From positions 53,605-73,604 of the IMG/VR virus record IMGVR_UViG_3300042895_000198: a stretch of DNA of 20,000 nucleotides; one strand, written 5' to 3'. Shown in pieces: positions 15,937-20,000 of this stretch. Under the pieces are notes generated by a model. The model saw nothing but the letters and a program-made list of their open reading frames with translations. It was not told where the DNA came from and ran no database searches. A program made the position numbers and the translations under genes. Source of the DNA: an uncultured virus (IMG/VR IMGVR_UViG_3300042895_000198). Taxonomy: Duplodnaviria; Heunggongvirae; Uroviricota; Caudoviricetes. Each line of letters opens with the position of its first letter. Positions within the stretch are counted from its first letter, which is position 1.

Positions 15937-16352
15937 AAATAGGCTTTACCTGTTCGGCATTTGATTTACTACATGCCGGTCACATTCTAATGCTCAAAGA
16001 GGCAAAGGCACAATGTGACCACCTGATTGTTGGGTTACAGACTGACCCAACCATTGACAGAGCAACTAAGAATAAACCTATCCAAAGCGTCTTGGAACGA
16101 TACATCCAACTGTCCGCAGTAAAGTATGTGGATGAGATAGTGGTTTATGAAACAGAGCATGACCTGTTACAAATACTCAAGGCATACAATATTGATATTC
16201 GGGTATTAGGAGAAGAATATGAGAACAAGCCATTTACTGGCCATGACCTACGAATTGAAACACACTTCAATAAACGTACCCATAGTTTTTCCACTACCGA
16301 ATTGAGAAACCGTGTCATTGACAGGTACAATGAGCAGGAGTATAAGAAATGA
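15933..16352 (+). CDS. Cytidylyltransferase-family protein (glycerol-3-phosphate cytidylyltransferase/TagD-like)
   Basis: HIGH-type motif FDLLHAGH, LIVGLQTD, ER...L.AVKYVDE, RTHSFSTTELR. Confidence 0.88.
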   Translation: MKIGFTCSAFDLLHAGHILMLKEAKAQCDHLIVGLQTDPTIDRATKNKPIQSVLERYIQLSAVKYVDEIVVYETEHDLLQILKAYNIDIRVLGEEYENKPFTGHDLRIETHFNKRTHSFSTTELRNRVIDRYNEQEYKK

Positions 16353-16486
16353 TAGACCTCATAAATGCCTTTATGATGGGTGTATTTGCCACACTACTGT
16401 ATCAAATTGTGAGAGAATTAGACCTCGTTGGTAATTTAATACAATTATTTAAAGATTGGTCTAATAATGAGCAAACAAGAAGATAA
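16349..16486 (+). CDS. 45-aa membrane peptide
   Basis: ATGA overlap, AGGAG upstream, hydrophobic N-terminus MIDLINAFMMGVFATLLYQIV; fills the gap. Confidence 0.5.
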   Translation: MIDLINAFMMGVFATLLYQIVRELDLVGNLIQLFKDWSNNEQTRR

Positions 16487-16718
16487 AGACAAACGAAGCA
16501 GCCGCATTCATGCCGATGAAACTGCTGTTAAGAAACAGGTTAAGATTGCTAAAGTGCATGGCATTGAGGTGAAAGAACCTCATAAGTTTGCCAAGCACCA
16601 TGCGCTAGATTGCGGCAACCCTAATTGTCCAATGTGTGCTAGTCCACGTAGAATATACAAAGAGCCAACTATACAAGAGAAATCATTTCAACAAACTGAA
16701 AATTGGAATAAAGAGTGA
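16467..16718 (+). CDS. Small basic protein with Cys/His cluster (possible Zn binding)
   Basis: HHALDCGNPNCPMC motif; Lys/Arg-rich. Confidence 0.7.
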   Translation: MSKQEDKDKRSSRIHADETAVKKQVKIAKVHGIEVKEPHKFAKHHALDCGNPNCPMCASPRRIYKEPTIQEKSFQQTENWNKE

Positions 16719-17062
16719 ATCATTATCAAAACTATAACATTAATGGCGATGTGTACCGAGACACCGAGGTCTATTCTGTTATAGATAACCTACAGTTGGA
16801 TAAGCTTGTATTGTCTCAGGTCACCTTGCATAAGCATCAGGAGACTAGAGGCCATGTGCATGATGGCTGTGAAGAAGTATATTTCTTCCAGTTTGGCCAA
16901 GGTCATATGGTTATTGGTACTGAGTCTGAAACCGTAACTGCTGGTTCTATTGTATTGGTGCCAGATGGCCAGTTTCATAGAGTTATCAATACAGGCCTAT
17001 CCGACCTTGTATTTCATACAGTTTACAACAAGACACAAAGCAGAACAGTATATGCAAAATAA
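16715..17062 (+). CDS. Cupin-domain protein
   Basis: Motif 1 GHVHDGCEEVYFFQFGQG; motif 2 AGSIVLVPDGQFHRVINTG. Confidence 0.88.
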   Translation: MNHYQNYNINGDVYRDTEVYSVIDNLQLDKLVLSQVTLHKHQETRGHVHDGCEEVYFFQFGQGHMVIGTESETVTAGSIVLVPDGQFHRVINTGLSDLVFHTVYNKTQSRTVYAK

Positions 17063-17234
17063 CCATTGGGGTGAACCGGATGATATCGAGCCAATGCCAG
17101 ATTGGATGTTGGCTGAGACACACCGCAACCCGAACTACAGACCATCCAGAGGCAAGAGTTTAACCGAGATGATTGAAGATGCCTTGAAGAAACCTCCAGT
17201 ACCAATTATCATACAGGAACCAAGAAATGATTAA
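17052..17234 (+). CDS. Hypothetical protein
   Basis: ATG 17052 overlaps the cupin end (MQNNHWGEPDDIEPMPDW...); fills the gap. Confidence 0.55.
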   Translation: MQNNHWGEPDDIEPMPDWMLAETHRNPNYRPSRGKSLTEMIEDALKKPPVPIIIQEPRND

Positions 17235-17640
17235 CTTTAAAACCTTTCTTAATGAACGTGTCCGAGTTGGCCGAGTACAACGCTTTGGCGCCAAGGCACA
17301 TGATGAGTGGCGTAAGAACTTTGACCCAACAGGTACCAAAGAACGAATTAAGGACAATAGTGATGGTACAAAGGGCAATATCAATGTGCCGTTTGATAAA
17401 TTACATCCTGATTGGAAACGAGAAAACCTTGCCGCAGGTAAGGCTGCAATGGATGCTAACAGAATACATCCAAAAGATACTGAAAAGGCTGCAGAGCATG
17501 TCCACAATGAGTGGATGAAACGTAATCCAAAGGGTGAACACAATGCCTCTCAGCATGTACCATATAACCAACTATCTGAACCTGAGAAAGAAAAAGATAG
17601 AGTCCATGTCCGAAGAATGCAGAGGATAAAGAATAGATGA
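17227..17640 (+). CDS. Tandem RyR (ryanodine-receptor repeat)-like protein with CTS-like N-terminus
   Basis: Two internal repeats: AHDEW...VPFDKLHPDWKREN and VHNEW...HVPYNQLSEPEKEKDR; N-terminus MINFKTFLNE. Confidence 0.7.
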   Translation: MINFKTFLNERVRVGRVQRFGAKAHDEWRKNFDPTGTKERIKDNSDGTKGNINVPFDKLHPDWKRENLAAGKAAMDANRIHPKDTEKAAEHVHNEWMKRNPKGEHNASQHVPYNQLSEPEKEKDRVHVRRMQRIKNR

Positions 17641-17777
17641 TTGAATTCAAAGATTTACAATCGGATGATCCGATTATTCAAGGAGAACTTGATATGCTAA
17701 AAGAACTAAACCCTGTATTCCTACGCATAGAAGAACTGCCGGATGATTATGAAATGACGCCTTACCATGACCATTGA
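17637..17777 (+). CDS. 46-aa acidic hypothetical protein
   Basis: ATGA overlap; MIEFKDLQSDDPIIQGELDMLKELNPVFLRIEELPDDYEMTPYHDH. Confidence 0.5.
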   Translation: MIEFKDLQSDDPIIQGELDMLKELNPVFLRIEELPDDYEMTPYHDH

Positions 17778-17844
17778 TTTCATTATTTTTATTGCAATAA
17801 TAGTCGTTACCATTTGTGTAATAGCATGGGACAAGAACAAGTGA
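17767..17844 (+). CDS. 25-aa single-pass membrane peptide
   Basis: MTIDFIIFIAIIVVTICVIAWDKNK; overlaps both neighbours (TGATG coupling downstream). Confidence 0.45.
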   Translation: MTIDFIIFIAIIVVTICVIAWDKNK

Positions 17845-18086
17845 TGCACCAGAAGATGAGTAATCCAACCAATATTCCAACACCTCAAACCTTCCACGTT
17901 GAGATGATGATAGACCCTGTACTATTTGAAAAGATAATGAGTGATGAGAAATACAAAGAGCATATCAAAGACAGGTTAGCCATTGATTTGGCCAAACATT
18001 TGCTTGAGAGTGCCCGTACCACATTCACCTATTCAGAGGACATTGATAGTGATAACTACTATGTCCGTGCGAAGATAATAGTATGA
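17844..18086 (+). CDS. Hypothetical protein
   Basis: Coupled to both neighbours; exact start uncertain (17844 or 17856). Confidence 0.6.
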   Translation: MHQKMSNPTNIPTPQTFHVEMMIDPVLFEKIMSDEKYKEHIKDRLAIDLAKHLLESARTTFTYSEDIDSDNYYVRAKIIV

Positions 18087-18583
18087 AACTAGATTTTTGT
18101 GCCGTTTGCGGTGTAACAACCGATTTACACCAACACCATATAGAACCAGTCATTATGACCGGTGTTAAAAGAAAAAAACTAAAAGGTTATGATCCGAATA
18201 AGAAGCTGAAAGAGTGTGAACCGACTGAAGTATTTGCTTGGTTATTTGACCAAGGCATTATATCCGATGATGGTGAGATAACCGTATGCTCATATCATCA
18301 TCACCTGATCCACGGTATAGTTAAATTTCAATTAGCAGAACATCATAAGTTAATTAGAGAAGGCCAACAAAAGGCTCGAGCAAGAGGTGTAAAATTTGGT
18401 AGACCAACTAAACAAGATGACCAAACTATATTCAAAGTAAAAGAATTAAGAGAATCCGGTGTAGGTATTAAGAAAATTGCTAAAGAACTTAGCCTTGGTA
18501 TAGGTACGGTCTATAGTATAATGGAAAAGACCAATGAACCAACCTTTGCGGACATGTATAAGGATCGGTATAATAATGGATGA
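18083..18583 (+). CDS. HNH-like nuclease domain fused to a resolvase/invertase-type C-terminal arm and HTH
   Basis: CAVCG..LHQHHIEP...VCSYHHHLIHG, then IREGQQKARARGVKFGRP and GVGIKKIAKELSLGIGTVY. Confidence 0.7.
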   Translation: MKLDFCAVCGVTTDLHQHHIEPVIMTGVKRKKLKGYDPNKKLKECEPTEVFAWLFDQGIISDDGEITVCSYHHHLIHGIVKFQLAEHHKLIREGQQKARARGVKFGRPTKQDDQTIFKVKELRESGVGIKKIAKELSLGIGTVYSIMEKTNEPTFADMYKDRYNNG

Positions 18584-19148
18584 AATATACCAACCAGACC
18601 ACTGGCGTAGTATATCCAGACTAGTCTCCGACATTGCCTTGCCTATCTTTCCACATATAAAAGGGAAGAAACTAAAGTCGGAGATTATGTCCAACCTGTT
18701 CGAAACCCAATCGGCCAAGTATTTCAATTCAATTAATATACCAACCCAATCTGCTCAGAACGACCGAGAACCAGACCTATTATTCACCGACCATTCAGTT
18801 GAGATAAAGGTTTCTGGTATAGACCATCCATTCACCAAGAATGCTAAGTGGATGGGTGGTAAGTATAGTAAGAGAGAATGTGATTATATCTTTATCCTCT
18901 GGTACTACCAACAACCAACCGATAATTATATCATAGAAGAACCAGAATACCTGTCCTTTGCCATAATCCAATGCCATTCCACTATAGAGGACTGGAAGAC
19001 AATAGACAACGATAAGAATAATTACTATGCCACCGTTATGTCCCTTGATAGAATCTATAGTAAACCACATAGAATACTGTTAGGGAATAAGGTGATAGAT
19101 GATATAGTCCTTGAGAATACCTATGAAACCAAAAACATTCACATATAA
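18576..19148 (+). CDS. PD-(D/E)XK restriction-endonuclease-like protein
   Basis: SNLFE helix followed by EPDLLFTDHSVEIKVS; ATG 18576 chosen as start. Confidence 0.55.
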   Translation: MDEIYQPDHWRSISRLVSDIALPIFPHIKGKKLKSEIMSNLFETQSAKYFNSINIPTQSAQNDREPDLLFTDHSVEIKVSGIDHPFTKNAKWMGGKYSKRECDYIFILWYYQQPTDNYIIEEPEYLSFAIIQCHSTIEDWKTIDNDKNNYYATVMSLDRIYSKPHRILLGNKVIDDIVLENTYETKNIHI

Positions 19149-19350
19149 CGAAATAATAAAATTCTTCCTGGCCAATGGTCTGCCACTATCAGATAAACAA
19201 GTATATCTAATAGGGACAAAGGTAAAGGAAGAACTGGCCGCATTAGAGATATACCATATAGAGCAGAAGAAAAAGCGAGAGGCCAAGATGCTTAAAATGG
19301 TAAAAAGAAAAGAATCCAAACAAAAAAGTAAAACCTCTGTGGATAACTAG
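19123..19350 (+). CDS. Basic hypothetical protein
   Basis: ATG 19123; Lys-rich C-terminus whose last codons contain the first DnaA box. Confidence 0.55.
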   Translation: MKPKTFTYNEIIKFFLANGLPLSDKQVYLIGTKVKEELAALEIYHIEQKKKREAKMLKMVKRKESKQKSKTSVDN

Positions 19351-19368
19351 TGTATAACCTGTGTATAA
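19338..19368 (-). promoter_or_regulatory. Three tandem DnaA boxes, 11-bp period
   Basis: Plus strand TGTGGATAA (19338-46), AGTGTATAA (19349-57), TGTGTATAA (19360-68); minus strand TTATCCACA, TTATACACT, TTATACACA. Confidence 0.7.
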
Positions 19369-19379
19369 GTAGGTAGTAA

Positions 19380-19518
19380 CCGACCTGTAGTAAACCAGCG
19401 AGAATCCGTGACCAATGAGTGGCCAATATAAATTAAAAGAATGTCCGACCTGTAATAAAGAACACCGTAAACGTGGACTATTCTGCAGCCAATCGTGCTC
19501 TAATGTTGACCGACCTGT
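19380..19518 (+). repeat. Three direct CCGACCTGT repeats at an exact 65-bp period
   Basis: Copies start at 19380, 19445 and 19510; the first two extend to CCGACCTGTA-N-TAAA. Confidence 0.6.
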
Positions 19519-19711
19519 TACTGATAATATGCGAAGTGCTATGCGTAAGGTCGCCGTAGAGTATAATAGAACGCCTGAGGCCATCGCAAAACAGAAAATG
19601 ATTGGTACCCCGTTGGCCAGTTTGACTATCGAAGATTTTGCCGTAGATATACCAGACCTGCCACCTGACCTCTCAGATTGGTCAGAGTATGATAAAGCGT
19701 CAGACTGGTAG
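19415..19711 (+). CDS. Small zinc-finger protein
   Basis: CPTC-x9-FCSQSC motif (TRASH/treble-clef-like, common in phage nuclease-associated modules); acidic tail. Confidence 0.7.
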   Translation: MSGQYKLKECPTCNKEHRKRGLFCSQSCSNVDRPVTDNMRSAMRKVAVEYNRTPEAIAKQKMIGTPLASLTIEDFAVDIPDLPPDLSDWSEYDKASDW

Positions 19712-19784
19712 TTGAAAACGAAAGTTCTCATTTTTCCATAGTAGCCAGCCGCCATGTCCACCCCAGCCGCTTTCGAATGGTACC

Positions 19785-19813
19785 ATTATACCCGAAACCG
19801 CTGCTTTTGTCAA
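19785..19813 (-). promoter_or_regulatory. Perfect-consensus sigma70 promoter on the minus strand
   Basis: Reverse complement reads TTGACA-AAAGCAGCGGTTTCGGG (17 bp)-TATAAT. Confidence 0.8.
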
Positions 19814-19861
19814 CCCCCCCCACCGCTACGCCGTTGCAGGCATACAACAGCCAAATAACGC

Positions 19862-19889
19862 TTGACAATCCCACTGGTTCTGTTATACT
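19862..19889 (+). promoter_or_regulatory. Strong sigma70-type (early) promoter
   Basis: TTGACA (19862-67), 16 bp spacer, TG-N-TATACT (19884-89); upstream of ATG 19925. Confidence 0.75.
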
Positions 19890-19924
19890 TACAGGTGTTC
19901 CGTTGAAAAGTAAAGGTTTTGGAT

Positions 19925-20000
19925 ATGGGCTGGAATAAGAATGGTTCTACTGTAATGGCTGATTATCTTGGCCAAAAGGTTACTGGTATTGTTACTGAGA
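19925..20000 (+). CDS. Start of a hypothetical (early) protein, truncated by the window end
   Basis: MGWNKNGSTVMADYLGQKVTGIVTE... open to the end, downstream of the promoter, AAGG upstream. Confidence 0.6.
   Translation, partial: MGWNKNGSTVMADYLGQKVTGIVTE

Noticed and set aside
259..19319. Numerous short minus-strand and alternate-frame ORFs in the track
   Set aside because: They lie within well-supported plus-strand genes and lack RBS or motifs.
19369..19392. TAG/TAA triplets next to the DnaA boxes as DnaA-trios
   Set aside because: The triplets are irregular and on the wrong side relative to box orientation compared with the B. subtilis box-trio layout.
19380..19574. 65-bp periodic repeats as a mini CRISPR array
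   Set aside because: The period is CRISPR-like, but the shared repeat is only 9-15 nt, non-palindromic, has three copies, overlaps a credible ORF, and no cas gene is present in the window.
19243..19761. 172-aa minus-strand ORF downstream of the antisense promoter
   Set aside because: Antisense to a convincing Zn-finger gene and a second ORF, with no recognisable motif; probably a shadow ORF, though a short peptide cannot be excluded.

Overview
A gene-dense, almost entirely plus-strand segment of a large T4-like (myovirus-type) phage genome. The spanin pair and lipoproteins point to a Gram-negative host, and the DUF3563-like and phasin-like genes suggest (by inference) a betaproteobacterium. 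From left to right: (1) two long Lys/Glu-rich modular proteins that look like prohead-protease-cleaved internal-head polyproteins, plus small virion-type genes after a TATAAATA late promoter; (2) a clustered lysis cassette (i-spanin, o-spanin, extra lipoprotein, GH19 endolysin, holin-like protein, small exported protein); (3) gp61-type primase, thyX, nrdA, an unknown gene, thioredoxin, nrdB, an exported SNase-like nuclease, a GIY-YIG protein and phoH; (4) an accessory region with a TGC-palindrome promoter driving DUF3563-like and phasin-like genes, an RBS-sequestering hairpin, a cytidylyltransferase, a cupin, a tandem RyR-repeat protein with a capsid-targeting-like N-terminus, an HNH/resolvase-HTH fusion and a PD-(D/E)XK nuclease; (5) a candidate origin or regulatory locus with three DnaA boxes phased exactly 11 bp apart, three CCGACCTGT repeats exactly 65 bp apart, and back-to-back sigma70 promoters. 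I saw no tRNA, rRNA or true CRISPR array. All family assignments come from motif recognition by eye; no database searches were run.
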